Virus record (IMG/VR): IMGVR_UViG_3300025816_000006 | Span: 1-64,000 of that record | DNA: 64,000 bases | Reading direction: 5' to 3' (one strand) | Source: a virus | Shown: one piece after another, positions 35,447 through 45,578 of the stretch | How the letters are laid out: each line of letters opens with the position of its first letter | Numbering within the stretch: the stretch's first letter is position 1 | Notes under the pieces: model-generated | Told to the model about the DNA's origin: nothing | Databases searched by the model: none | The model's input: only the letters and a program-made list of their open reading frames with translations | Translations under genes and position numbers: made by a program

Positions 35447-36132
35447 TGGGATTAACACACTCCCCTAAAATTGTTACAGACGGTCTGGTGCTGTGTTTGG
35501 ATGCTGCAAATCAACGTAGCTACCCCAAGTCTGGAACGACTTGGAGTGATCTTACAGGCGGAAATAATGGAACATTAGCTAATGGACCTTCTTTCGGCGC
35601 TGAAAACGGTGGGGTTATTTCGTTAGATGGAAGTGATGATAAAATTTCAATATCTAATACTGATATATTTTCTTTAGTCGCTAATCAGGGTTTTTCTATT
35701 TGTATAATAGCTAAAGATATTGGCTACTTATTTTATATAGATCTTGGTTCAAATCTCGGCGAGCAAATGGGGTTTAACAATACGGAATTTTATTGGTCGG
35801 GTGCGGGCAGAGGTGCTGCTTATGCAGAAGTAGAATATAACACCACTTTTTCTGCTGGCACTTGGTATCATATCGTTTGCACTAGAGATACTTCGGGAAA
35901 CCCCAGAGTTTATATCAATGGGGTGTTTAAAGGAACTACCAATCCTAACAATGCCAATAACATTAATTCTTCAATTGATTTTTCTTCTGCTTCTGAATTT
36001 CAACTTGGATACTCTACCTCCTACAACAGCTATGGTTCGACCACTTTTTCTCATTTTTCTTATTATAATCGTGAACTAACCGCCAAAGAAATCCGCCAGA
36101 ATTACGAAGCAACAAAAGGGAGGTACACATAA
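35446..36132 (+). CDS. LamG/concanavalin-like domain protein
   Basis: SPKIVTDGLVLCLDAAN..SYP.SGTTW.DL; YNRELT..EI.QNY. Confidence 0.85.
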   Translation: MGLTHSPKIVTDGLVLCLDAANQRSYPKSGTTWSDLTGGNNGTLANGPSFGAENGGVISLDGSDDKISISNTDIFSLVANQGFSICIIAKDIGYLFYIDLGSNLGEQMGFNNTEFYWSGAGRGAAYAEVEYNTTFSAGTWYHIVCTRDTSGNPRVYINGVFKGTTNPNNANNINSSIDFSSASEFQLGYSTSYNSYGSTTFSHFSYYNRELTAKEIRQNYEATKGRYT

Positions 36133-36836
36133 TGGCTATTAATGCTGGACCCAAAATAGAAATAGATGACCTTGACTTTGTTTTAGATGCTGCCAATCCA
36201 AGAAGTTATCCTAGAAACGGATCAAACTGGAAGGGGCTAAAAAGAAAGAACAATTTCGCCCTTACAAATAACCCTAGTTTCAACACTGCAAACGGCGGGT
36301 TTTTTACTTTTGATGGAACTGATGACTATGTGGACTTGGGTGATCTTTCGTCTCAATTAAGCAACGTAACCCAGTATTCAATAGGTTGCTGGTTTTATAT
36401 ACCAGATATAACCGTTGCTGGCAATGGCGGTATTCTTGGAAGGAACAATAATACACCTAGTCAACTTAGTATCATGTTTTCTGGCGTTAGATTACGAATA
36501 CGTAGTAAAAATGATCGCGTGAAATATGGACAAATTGATATATCTACAATAACATCAAACAATAAATGGACACATCTTTTTGTAGTTTTTGACGGTTCTG
36601 GTACGGGCAATGCAGAAAGATTAAAATGTTTTATTGACGGAGAACAGGTTACATTGAGTTTTACTGGCACGATAAACAGTACTACGGGAACTGTAAGTGC
36701 AACAGATTACACTCTTGGTAGAGGTAGAAGTAATTATTTAGATGGTGGTATTTCTAATTTTAAAATTTATAAACGCGCACTAAGTGCAAGGCGAATACTC
36801 GGAAACTACAAGGCAACCAGAGGGAGATATACATAA
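36132..36836 (+). CDS. LamG/concanavalin-like domain protein
   Basis: LDAANPRSYP; FDGTDDYV; IYKRALS. Confidence 0.85.
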   Translation: MAINAGPKIEIDDLDFVLDAANPRSYPRNGSNWKGLKRKNNFALTNNPSFNTANGGFFTFDGTDDYVDLGDLSSQLSNVTQYSIGCWFYIPDITVAGNGGILGRNNNTPSQLSIMFSGVRLRIRSKNDRVKYGQIDISTITSNNKWTHLFVVFDGSGTGNAERLKCFIDGEQVTLSFTGTINSTTGTVSATDYTLGRGRSNYLDGGISNFKIYKRALSARRILGNYKATRGRYT

Positions 36837-38014
36837 TGGCGCAAGACATTCTAATAACACCCGGAAGCGGTGAGCCACAAATACTGTTTCGTGGTAGCGG
36901 CACGTATGATAGCGCTATAGAGCTTAACGTTCTGTCTAGTTATCAAAGCGCTGGCGCTGGATCAGGGTCTGCTTTAATTTTTGAAGGTACTCAAGGTCAA
37001 TTATTTGGTATTACAGATAACCTTTCTAGTGGTACTATATTTAGTGTTTCAGATATTACAGGTCTACCGTCCATAGAAGTTAACTCTGATGCTCAGGTAA
37101 AAATATGTGAATATGGCAGTGGTACATTATTATTTAATGATCTTACTGGCAATGACTCTTTAATAAATATAAGTGGTGTTGCTCTTGGTATTAGTGGTGT
37201 AAGATTTTCTGATAATACAACTTTAACGACTGCGCCCAGTGCCGGTATGTCTAATTTTATCCTAGAAGATGATGATGGGACTGAGGTTACAGTCTCCGAT
37301 GGAAAAGAAGTTAAAATTATTGGTGATGGGATCACTACAAATTGGACGGATGTCAGCGATGGGTCAGATGGCGACCCTTATGATTTAACCTTATCTGTGG
37401 ATGCTGCTCAAACTAATATTACGTCTATATTAGCAACTGATGTTAAAATTGGTGAAGATGATCAGACAAAGATTGACTTTGAGACGGAAGATGAAATTCA
37501 CTTTTATGCAGCTAACGCAGAACAAGTGTACGTTGCTGATGGCGTGTTTGGCCCGCAAACAGATAGCGATGTTGACTTAGGTGCTACTAGTGTTCGCTGG
37601 AAAGATGCTTACGTTGATAGTATAACAACTACCGACAAGATAACTGCTGGAGGTTCTATCAACCAAGCTCCAAACACTGCTACCGATGGTGGTATTGTGG
37701 ATATTGATTGCAGCACTTCTAACTATCATGAAATACTTATGAACGCAGATGCTACAAGAATTAACTTCACAAATGTAACCGCTGGTCAGAGAGTTATAGT
37801 TAGATTCAAACAACATAGCTCACATATTGACTTGAACTCTAGTGAAGGATTTAATGATGTAGATGTCAACGGTGGTAATGCCACTATTAAGTGGGCTGGA
37901 GGTATTGTGCCTACCTTGACAGAATCAAACAACGCTGTTGATGTTTATGGATTTATATTTGAAAGTACTGTAACAAATGTTATGGCGTTTATTATTGGTC
38001 AGGATATTAAATAA
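36836..38014 (+). CDS. tail fibre-like protein
   Basis: Shares FILEDD..EVT...EVK module with 30268-34503; DLGATSVRWKDAY; KWAGG..PTLT...VD C-terminus. Confidence 0.75.
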   Translation: MAQDILITPGSGEPQILFRGSGTYDSAIELNVLSSYQSAGAGSGSALIFEGTQGQLFGITDNLSSGTIFSVSDITGLPSIEVNSDAQVKICEYGSGTLLFNDLTGNDSLINISGVALGISGVRFSDNTTLTTAPSAGMSNFILEDDDGTEVTVSDGKEVKIIGDGITTNWTDVSDGSDGDPYDLTLSVDAAQTNITSILATDVKIGEDDQTKIDFETEDEIHFYAANAEQVYVADGVFGPQTDSDVDLGATSVRWKDAYVDSITTTDKITAGGSINQAPNTATDGGIVDIDCSTSNYHEILMNADATRINFTNVTAGQRVIVRFKQHSSHIDLNSSEGFNDVDVNGGNATIKWAGGIVPTLTESNNAVDVYGFIFESTVTNVMAFIIGQDIK

Positions 38015-38421
38015 TGGCTAGGAATTTAAGAAACCACGTTGTAATTATAGCTACAGTAGAATCGTACAATGAAGGCTCCGTGGGCGGTTCTGGTCCTAGT
38101 TATACAGTAACATATGATTCAGGGCAAGACATAAGCGCAGTACAAGTTGGTCAATTTGTATATGCCGAAAAAAGAACGGCTGGAGCAGGCACTAGCAGTA
38201 CCGTTGCATCTACTTATGTTTATTTAATAACCGCCATTGGTGAAACCGGAGAATTTGGCGATCAACCCGAAATGACTTTGAAATACATATACGATACTGC
38301 TAATACTGGTGACGACTCTCCCGCCGACTTACATCGAGGAGGGGGAAGTTCTGGTTCACCTCAAATCGCAGATCACAAAGTGGTAATGGTTTTAGGGGAA
38401 GCATTTAACGTTTTTATATAG
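38014..38421 (+). CDS. hypothetical protein
   Basis: Coupled ORF. Confidence 0.7.
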   Translation: MARNLRNHVVIIATVESYNEGSVGGSGPSYTVTYDSGQDISAVQVGQFVYAEKRTAGAGTSSTVASTYVYLITAIGETGEFGDQPEMTLKYIYDTANTGDDSPADLHRGGGSSGSPQIADHKVVMVLGEAFNVFI

Positions 38422-38429
38422 GATTAATA

Positions 38430-39461
38430 ATGTCGGTTAAGGAATGTCAATGCCCTCAAGCGGGTTATTGTGAATATTTTAGACAGGAAATGACATACAG
38501 CCCACCAAACTGGCAGTGGTGTCAGGGTGCTAGTGAAGAAGAAAGAGCAAGTTATAAGATAGATTGCGATAAAAAGCACGATAGAAGAAAATTAGTTCTT
38601 GATGGTAAATATATTACTAATCAACAGTTGATAAAAGACTGTGTAGATTATCTTATACCAAAAATAGCTAACTTAAACATAAAAGGAATTGCGCCAGTTC
38701 CAAGGTCTGGATTTTTACCTGCAAGCTTTTGCTCTGTTATGCTTAACCTTCCTTTGTATTCTATGCAAAAAGACGGTTCTGTTGAACCTATGTCTGGAGT
38801 ATGTAAGTTTGGCGGAAAGAGAATGGAGAACCATAAAGATTTAGACGGCAAGATTTTGGTTTTAGACGATACGGTATATGCAGGTAATTCATTAGCCCGT
38901 ATAAAAAAACAACTAGGTAGAGATAATTTTCTATTCGGTTCTTTATATGTACATCCTTCTTCGTTAAAATTAGTTGATCTCTACGGTAAAAAGTTACCAC
39001 CTCCACATTTATTAGAGTGGAATTTTTTTAATAGTTCTTACGTTAGTCAGTGTCTACTTGATTTCGACGGAATACTATGCCCTAATGTTCCATATCAAAT
39101 TGCTAAAGATGAAGAAAAATATATTGATTATATAAAAAATGTAGAACCTTATCATCACAGGTTACCAAAAGTACATACGTGCAAGGGTATAGTAACAGCA
39201 AGGCTTGAAAAATACAGAGACGAAACAGAAGAGTGGCTGGAAAAACACAAAGTAAAATATAGATTTCTTAGAATGTTTCCTAGTGAAAGACAACAGGAGA
39301 GAGATGCTAACCATGCAGTAGAGGCCGCTAAGTTTAAATCAGATGTTTTGCGCGAAGTTGATGCTCATTTTTTTATGGAGAGCGAAAAACTTGAGGCGCA
39401 ACTTATGAGATCTCAGAGCGAAAGACTTATAATATGCCCAGAGGAGGGGTCGTTTAGATGA
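38430..39461 (+). CDS. phosphoribosyltransferase-like + HAD-like fusion
   Basis: VPRSG, ILVLDDTVYAGNS (PRPP-binding loop), LDFDGIL, IVTAR. Confidence 0.8.
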   Translation: MSVKECQCPQAGYCEYFRQEMTYSPPNWQWCQGASEEERASYKIDCDKKHDRRKLVLDGKYITNQQLIKDCVDYLIPKIANLNIKGIAPVPRSGFLPASFCSVMLNLPLYSMQKDGSVEPMSGVCKFGGKRMENHKDLDGKILVLDDTVYAGNSLARIKKQLGRDNFLFGSLYVHPSSLKLVDLYGKKLPPPHLLEWNFFNSSYVSQCLLDFDGILCPNVPYQIAKDEEKYIDYIKNVEPYHHRLPKVHTCKGIVTARLEKYRDETEEWLEKHKVKYRFLRMFPSERQQERDANHAVEAAKFKSDVLREVDAHFFMESEKLEAQLMRSQSERLIICPEEGSFR

Positions 39462-40255
39462 AGCCACTAACTCCTGTGATACAATTTGATGATGTTCTAC
39501 CTCGTCAAAATTCAGACATTGCTATTTGTGTAATTCCAGCCAATGATATTGCCTCAAGACAGCTTGATATAACAAGGTCAAACATATTAAATTACGCTAA
39601 CTCTTGTGGCGCTGACTACGTTGAGCTAGACGGAGATTTATCCCAAGACTGGCCTATGTCTAATAAGTATAGATTGAGACAAGTAGTCGAGAAATACGAA
39701 CATACCTTGTACTTAGATTGCGACATTGTAGTTAAGCAGGGTTCTCCAAATGTATTTGACGTATTTAATAAAGATAAAATATCCTTTGTAGATGAATTTC
39801 ACATACTAAAAAACTCTTACCACTATACTTTATTTAAGCATTTTTGCTACGAAAGATTTTTGATCTTAGAAGATTATCCTGATTTTTATAAAAACAATAG
39901 AGCCGTTCAGCCAAATGGTGGCATGATGTTTTTTCCTAAAAGACTTGCTGAAAAGTATTCACAACCAAAAAATCCTTATTATAAAACATGGTGCTTTGAT
40001 CAAGATTATCTTATTCTTAATTTAGACGAGGACGATTTTGAGTTGGTTGACTGGAGATACAACCTAGAGTTTATAGACTTTGGGTTCTGGTCTAAGATTG
40101 AAGACGCTTATTTTGTACACCTAAATGGCTGTAGACCAATTAACTATAGGTTAGAGCTTTTAAAGAGAATAACTCAGGGTGATTACGGATATTTTCCACA
40201 ACCAGAGGTAGATCACCAAGAGTCTTTTAGGCCATTATGGAAAGAGACATGTTAA
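39458..40255 (+). CDS. GT-A glycosyltransferase (GT8/GT34-like)
   Basis: LYLDCDIVV, NGGMM, DQDYL, HLNG. Confidence 0.8.
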   Translation: MKPLTPVIQFDDVLPRQNSDIAICVIPANDIASRQLDITRSNILNYANSCGADYVELDGDLSQDWPMSNKYRLRQVVEKYEHTLYLDCDIVVKQGSPNVFDVFNKDKISFVDEFHILKNSYHYTLFKHFCYERFLILEDYPDFYKNNRAVQPNGGMMFFPKRLAEKYSQPKNPYYKTWCFDQDYLILNLDEDDFELVDWRYNLEFIDFGFWSKIEDAYFVHLNGCRPINYRLELLKRITQGDYGYFPQPEVDHQESFRPLWKETC

Positions 40256-40806
40256 TAAATAACTCTAAAAATATTTTAGTTTGGCAACCCTTCAAGAATT
40301 ACAGCACGTCTATCGCTAATTATTTAACGAGCTATAAGGTGTTTGGTGTTGATAAGTTTGTTTTTGTTCAGGGTCCAGTGCCATACCTACCAAACGATGT
40401 CGCCCAACCAGAACATGAGCCAGCTTTAGGGCATACAAACTGGTTTTCTAAAAGGGCTACAAATTACACTAAAGTTCTTCCAATTAGAAACCCCTATGAC
40501 AGAGCGCTTAGTCAGTGGAAACATGCTCTTAAAAGCAACAGCGAACTTAGCTTTGACGATTGGCTGATGATTCATTCCAAGCAATTGATAAAGTTTCCAG
40601 CAACAAAGATGTACAAATATGATTATTTGTTAAAAGTAGAAGATGTAGAAAATGGATTGCGTGAACTAAATCTTTTTAAAGAAGAACACGCTTTCCCTCA
40701 TAGTAATAAGTCTGACGATCTCGACTTTACTCTAACACAATACCACAAAGATATGATATACTATTTACATTATAGTGATTTTCTGGAAGGTAGATACGAG
40801 AAATGA
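40249..40806 (+). CDS. sulfotransferase-like protein
   Basis: IRNPYDRALSQW 3'-PB motif; divergent KNYSTS 5'-PSB; Y..DF...Y C-terminus. Confidence 0.65.
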   Translation: MLINNSKNILVWQPFKNYSTSIANYLTSYKVFGVDKFVFVQGPVPYLPNDVAQPEHEPALGHTNWFSKRATNYTKVLPIRNPYDRALSQWKHALKSNSELSFDDWLMIHSKQLIKFPATKMYKYDYLLKVEDVENGLRELNLFKEEHAFPHSNKSDDLDFTLTQYHKDMIYYLHYSDFLEGRYEK

Positions 40807-41546
40807 GATTGCTTGATAAGTCTTTATTTGCGCCAATATTTGAAGATTTAAAAGGTCTTAGGGTTGGGATTGTAGACGGATTTGGTAATGTTGGTGATGA
40901 TTTACTGTACTTGGCTACTAGGCGGTTTTGCCAAGAGTTTGGTGTTGACCACTTCACAGTAAACGCTTTAGCGGAAGACACTATACCCAAATGCGACAAG
41001 TTATTGCTTTTTGCTGGCGGAAATGTAGGCTACCCAAAGTGCGCAGCTATAAGAAAAAAGGCTTTTGAGTCTGGAATACCCTGCTGGATGCTACCTCAAT
41101 CGGTATTTAAGAAGGAAGATTTACCGTTTGAAAGATTATATTTCAGGGATTCTGTCAGCAGAGATATAATAGGCAGGGGAGATATAGTGCCAGATTTAGC
41201 GCTAGGATTTGATTTTCCAGAAGTTATTTGCGAAAAAGGTGGAGATGAAACATTTCTTAGAAAAACCGGAGAAACTGTATTTCAATATATACCACCCCCC
41301 GAAAGAAAAGACCCTTCTTTCTTTTGTCACACACCTCAGCAATATTGGGAATATGCAGCAACCCTATCTTCGGTAAAAACCGATAGGCTTCATTTTGCTA
41401 TTTGCTCTCTGGCTATGGGGGTAAAAACTACCCTACTTCCTGTGTACTACCACAAGAATAAAACTATGCACAATGAGTATTTAAACGATCTTGGCTGTTT
41501 TTGGTCAGATTCAGTGTATAATATTAATATCGCCAGACTTAAATAA
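40803..41546 (+). CDS. polysaccharide pyruvyl transferase-like protein
   Basis: GNVGD, GGN, PQS, RD..S, PDLA, TDRLH motifs. Confidence 0.8.
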   Translation: MRLLDKSLFAPIFEDLKGLRVGIVDGFGNVGDDLLYLATRRFCQEFGVDHFTVNALAEDTIPKCDKLLLFAGGNVGYPKCAAIRKKAFESGIPCWMLPQSVFKKEDLPFERLYFRDSVSRDIIGRGDIVPDLALGFDFPEVICEKGGDETFLRKTGETVFQYIPPPERKDPSFFCHTPQQYWEYAATLSSVKTDRLHFAICSLAMGVKTTLLPVYYHKNKTMHNEYLNDLGCFWSDSVYNINIARLK

Positions 41547-41556
41547 AGGATAAATT

Positions 41557-41853
41557 ATGGCAGAATTTAGAATAGAAATCGCAGACTCAGACGTTAATAG
41601 AGTCTTGACATCTTTTGCTGCAAATTACCGAAGACCAGATCAAGTAAATAACCCAGACTTTGATTCAACTCAGCCAATTTCTGATATTAACCCGCAAATG
41701 ATTGACAATCCAGAAACCCTTGCTCAGTTTGGCAATAGAATGGTTAGAAATTTTTTAGCAGAAAATGTATCAGCGTATGAGATTAGACTTGCAAAACAGC
41801 AAGCCGCAGATGCTTTGAATACAAATGTCTCAATTAGTGATCCGGCAATTTAA
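41557..41853 (+). CDS. hypothetical protein
   Basis: AAGGA SD; GTGTATAAT upstream. Confidence 0.75.
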   Translation: MAEFRIEIADSDVNRVLTSFAANYRRPDQVNNPDFDSTQPISDINPQMIDNPETLAQFGNRMVRNFLAENVSAYEIRLAKQQAADALNTNVSISDPAI

Positions 41854-42092
41854 TGTTTGTAGGTGTTTGTTATAGCGAATTTCCGCTCTGTACGTCTGAA
41901 GAAATGACCAAGACGTTTAACGGAGAGGTTGTAGAGTATGATATATCAATAGACCAACAACTTCTTGAAGATATTCACGTTAACCAAAAATATAGCAATA
42001 TCGTGTATATTAATACAGGGGAATCATTTACTACAAGTATAGATAAACAAGTAAAATACGACATTTATATAGATCAGCAATTAAAACTATAG
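41853..42092 (+). CDS. hypothetical protein
   Basis: TAATG-coupled ORF. Confidence 0.6.
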   Translation: MFVGVCYSEFPLCTSEEMTKTFNGEVVEYDISIDQQLLEDIHVNQKYSNIVYINTGESFTTSIDKQVKYDIYIDQQLKL

Positions 42093-42105
42093 TTTGGAAA
42101 AATAA

Positions 42106-42423
42106 ATGGCTAGTGAAATACATAAGGACGACGTAGGAACTAGATTCTTACTTACAGTAAAAGACGGTTCAGATGTTGTCAATGTTTCTGGCGCTGTTGC
42201 GCTACAAGTGGATTTTAGAAAACCAAGCGACACCATTGTAAATAGGTCTGCGCTGAGACTAGACGATGGAAGCTCAATTTCAGGCGTTATATATTACGAT
42301 GCCGTTGCGGGTGATTTAGATGAAGCTGGAAACTACAAGCTCCAAGGAAGAGTTTTTCTTGGTGGAGGAAGTGGGACTTTTTACACAGATATTCACACAT
42401 TCAAAGTACACTGTAATCTATAG
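42106..42423 (+). CDS. BppU/Ig-like small structural protein
   Basis: D.GT...TV.D...FRKPS...G.IYY....GDLDEAG.Y pattern. Confidence 0.6.
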   Translation: MASEIHKDDVGTRFLLTVKDGSDVVNVSGAVALQVDFRKPSDTIVNRSALRLDDGSSISGVIYYDAVAGDLDEAGNYKLQGRVFLGGGSGTFYTDIHTFKVHCNL

Positions 42424-42431
42424 AGGTAATT

Positions 42432-42950
42432 ATGAGTTGGCAAGGTCAAATGTCCACAATAGTAAGACATCTGGTAGACGATCTAGATTCTAGTTCTTAC
42501 ACCTACAGCGATAAAAGAATAGAAACTTCAATCTTAGTGGCTTCTCAGTTGATGGTGATGAATGTTGACTTTAACAATACTTACACAATAAATGTAGAGA
42601 CTTGCTCACTTTCGCCCGACCCTACAGATGCGGGAACAAAAGACGATCCCTTTGTAACACTATCTTGCATTCGTGCAGCGTGTATAATCATAGGAAGTCA
42701 GATAAGGAAAGAGTCTGGTAACGCGATATCCATCAAAGATGGCCCATCTGCAATTGACCTCAGAGGGGTCACGCAAACACTCATAGTTCTTTATAAAGAT
42801 TTATGTGAAAAATACGAAAATTTACTACTAGAATACAGGGCTGGAAATAGTGTTGCTGGTCATGCCATACTTGGCCCTTATTCCCCCGGTTCAGAATTTA
42901 TTTCAAGAAATAATACAGGCCATAGATCTGGCGGATATTTCAACTATTAG
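42432..42950 (+). CDS. head-tail adaptor-like protein
   Basis: VRHLVDD....Y.YSD..I pattern; position. Confidence 0.55.
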   Translation: MSWQGQMSTIVRHLVDDLDSSSYTYSDKRIETSILVASQLMVMNVDFNNTYTINVETCSLSPDPTDAGTKDDPFVTLSCIRAACIIIGSQIRKESGNAISIKDGPSAIDLRGVTQTLIVLYKDLCEKYENLLLEYRAGNSVAGHAILGPYSPGSEFISRNNTGHRSGGYFNY

Positions 42951-42960
42951 GAGAGAATAA

Positions 42961-43923
42961 ATGGCTACTATGAAAAGCTCTGGTGACTTACTTGCTAGTA
43001 TCGGCGCAGATTTATCAGATAATAACGCAGGTCTTATTTCTGCTGAAGACGTAAGACATAACATGGAAGATACTGTGTTTTCCATAAATAGGATTGTTGC
43101 CAGCGGTGATACAGAAGTTGAATTCCCGTTTTTTAACAATGTGACCATCTCCAATGCTCATGGCACCAAAGGTAAGCTTTTTGTTGAGTCTGGAATAATG
43201 TTTCCAAATTCTCCAACTGTCTCTGAAAGAACTGAGATCCAACTTAGACCTTGGCTTGGTCCCGGTGGTATCCAGCATAATGATTTAGCTGGGTTAACAG
43301 TAGGAGACGTGCATACTCAATACATTCCTATCAATGGAAGTAGGGCGCTTACAGGTAATTTTGCAGCATCTAATAAATGGATAAACTCTTCCGGCACTGT
43401 AAATGGCGACAGTAATGACAACGGAATAAAATTTGTGTACAATAGTCCAACGGTTGGTGATGATGTTGTCGTCGGTACTTCTGGGCATCTAAAATTCAAT
43501 AAAGATCAATCCAGTGTGGATAGTTTTCACGGAGTCGCAAAAGCTTGGTTAAATTTTGACGGAAGCGGTAACGCTGCGCCTCATCATCCAGAAATTAGAT
43601 CTTACCACAACATTCATAGTCTTCAAAGAATAGCAAAGGGTACTTTTAAAGTTACCTTTACTAGTGGTACATTTATGGATAACAATTATGTAGCTATTGG
43701 GTCAAGTAATGGTGAGGGTACTTCCGGTACTTACGACACCATAGACGTAAACACCGTTGGCATACTTCTTAGAGAAGGTGACGATGGAACTGATCTTAGA
43801 AGCCTACACTTTACCGTCAAAACAGATGACAATGATAATGTAAATGCTAAAATAAACGAGCTAGTTTGCTACGGCTTGGAGCCGGGGTCTAATTCTGGCG
43901 TAGAACCCATTATTATAACTTAG
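42961..43923 (+). CDS. fibre-like structural protein
   Basis: N-terminus homologous to 22547 (L.DN....ISA.D.R); C-terminal AKAWLNFDG..IRS..NI.S domain. Confidence 0.7.
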   Translation: MATMKSSGDLLASIGADLSDNNAGLISAEDVRHNMEDTVFSINRIVASGDTEVEFPFFNNVTISNAHGTKGKLFVESGIMFPNSPTVSERTEIQLRPWLGPGGIQHNDLAGLTVGDVHTQYIPINGSRALTGNFAASNKWINSSGTVNGDSNDNGIKFVYNSPTVGDDVVVGTSGHLKFNKDQSSVDSFHGVAKAWLNFDGSGNAAPHHPEIRSYHNIHSLQRIAKGTFKVTFTSGTFMDNNYVAIGSSNGEGTSGTYDTIDVNTVGILLREGDDGTDLRSLHFTVKTDDNDNVNAKINELVCYGLEPGSNSGVEPIIIT

Positions 43924-43930
43924 GGTTTAA

Positions 43931-44875
43931 ATGTCTGATAAAATAAAACTTAGAGATCGAATAAAAGAAAAAAGCTATAGCGTAGGAACTGGCTCTATAC
44001 TTCTAGAGGGCAAGTTTGATGGTTTTAGCTCTTTTTCTGGTGTCTATGCGTCTGGCGAGGCTCTATTTTACGCTATTAGTGATGGTTCTAAATATGAGGT
44101 AGGTTCTGGCGTTTACATAGAAACAGAAACTGCATCTATGATTTCTAGAGCGCCGTTTGACACTAGTAACGACTCTGATACAATTATTGATTTCCCTGTT
44201 GGGTTAAAGCAAGTTTATGTATCATATCCCGGAAGATATTCCGTATTTAGTTCAAGTGGAAACACACCTGAAGCCAGCGGTTTAGCTTACTGGTCTTCTG
44301 AACATGCGATTGCTTATAATTCCAATTTAGTTTGGGATTCTACAAACTCAAACCTTGGCATCAAAGAGTCTAATCCTGAGTATGCAATAGACGTTGGGGG
44401 TGGTGACAATCACTTGTCTACGATTAGATCTTCAGGATTCATTGTGGGCGATTCTGGAATTATGTTTAGTGGCATAAATCCATTATACTCTGGAGGCAGA
44501 CAGTTAGAACCATTTATAAGAAATAAACTAAACGCTACGACTTATTCCGACGACGTGCTTGAGCTTAGTGGCGTTGTAAGCCAAAACATACTATTAAAAA
44601 AACAACCCGCTAGCACCGTATTTGCTGGTCCATCTGGAGATTGTGGTTGCACAAGTGATTACCCATCATTTAGACCTCTAAGGTTTGATGACATAAATGG
44701 CGTAAATCAGATAATAAATAGCAGTGGTAATTTAGCCGTTCCCGTTTATGATACTGTTCAGCAAGTTATAACTAATATAACTTCAAACCAAACGGGAGCT
44801 ATAGCATTTGCAAAGAATGACAGTTTTATAATGATAGCCAATGGGACAAGTTGGGTTAGTGGTCAATTAATTTAA
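43931..44875 (+). CDS. fibre-like structural protein
   Basis: N-terminus homologous to 30268; C-terminus homologous to end of 22547. Confidence 0.7.
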   Translation: MSDKIKLRDRIKEKSYSVGTGSILLEGKFDGFSSFSGVYASGEALFYAISDGSKYEVGSGVYIETETASMISRAPFDTSNDSDTIIDFPVGLKQVYVSYPGRYSVFSSSGNTPEASGLAYWSSEHAIAYNSNLVWDSTNSNLGIKESNPEYAIDVGGGDNHLSTIRSSGFIVGDSGIMFSGINPLYSGGRQLEPFIRNKLNATTYSDDVLELSGVVSQNILLKKQPASTVFAGPSGDCGCTSDYPSFRPLRFDDINGVNQIINSSGNLAVPVYDTVQQVITNITSNQTGAIAFAKNDSFIMIANGTSWVSGQLI

Positions 44876-44893
44876 TAATACTCGGAGAGAAAA

Positions 44894-45091
44894 ATGTCAG
44901 ACGTAATCAGGCCAGTTATTACATCGAAAGTTATAAAGAATGGCACCATTATAACGTATCAAAATAATACCGGCGAATTTTCTAAAAGAGATCCAGATCT
45001 TAATTCTCATCAACCCTCTGGAACTATACAGTCAAATCTAACCGACAGGTTTGACGACGTTAGATATTACTCTGGAGATACGGCGAATTAG
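44894..45091 (+). CDS. small hypothetical protein
   Basis: GGAGA SD. Confidence 0.65.
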   Translation: MSDVIRPVITSKVIKNGTIITYQNNTGEFSKRDPDLNSHQPSGTIQSNLTDRFDDVRYYSGDTAN

Positions 45092-45095
45092 TGAT

Positions 45096-45578
45096 ATGCC
45101 TATAACTATACCTCAATCAGTATTCGATAAGTACTACGACGTAGTTGACTCCACGTTTAATATATTTGGAGTTACCTGTCAATTAGTATACATAGAAAAA
45201 GTAGAAGTTATAGACAATACTTTTAATAATATTCCAGATAATAGATCTGTAAATCCGCACAGAAGACCGGGTGGTGGAAATTACAGAAGAGACAACAAGG
45301 TTATTAAAGAAGTAGAAAAGACTGAGGATATTAAAATCAAGGTATATTGGGACAGTAAAAACTGGACTAATGTGGGCGGCAACATTGTGTTACCTGAAAA
45401 TGGAATACAGACGATATTTTATGCTACAGATTTAGATAAGATCACAAGGGCCAAAGAGTTGATTGTCCACAAAGACATAAAAGACTTAAAAGAGATGAGA
45501 TTTAGGCGGGCTGGAGAACCTTTTCCTATGGGTTTAAAACAAGAAAGATATTTTGGCTGCTTCTGGGAGAGGTCATGA
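45096..45578 (+). CDS. head closure/neck protein (putative)
   Basis: Position in head-tail block; start moved to MPIT. Confidence 0.5.
   Translation: MPITIPQSVFDKYYDVVDSTFNIFGVTCQLVYIEKVEVIDNTFNNIPDNRSVNPHRRPGGGNYRRDNKVIKEVEKTEDIKIKVYWDSKNWTNVGGNIVLPENGIQTIFYATDLDKITRAKELIVHKDIKDLKEMRFRRAGEPFPMGLKQERYFGCFWERS

Noticed and set aside
30268-38014. Diversity-generating retroelement or invertible tail-fibre system
   Set aside because: No reverse transcriptase or invertase, and no adenine-specific TR/VR pair seen; repeats differ at synonymous positions.
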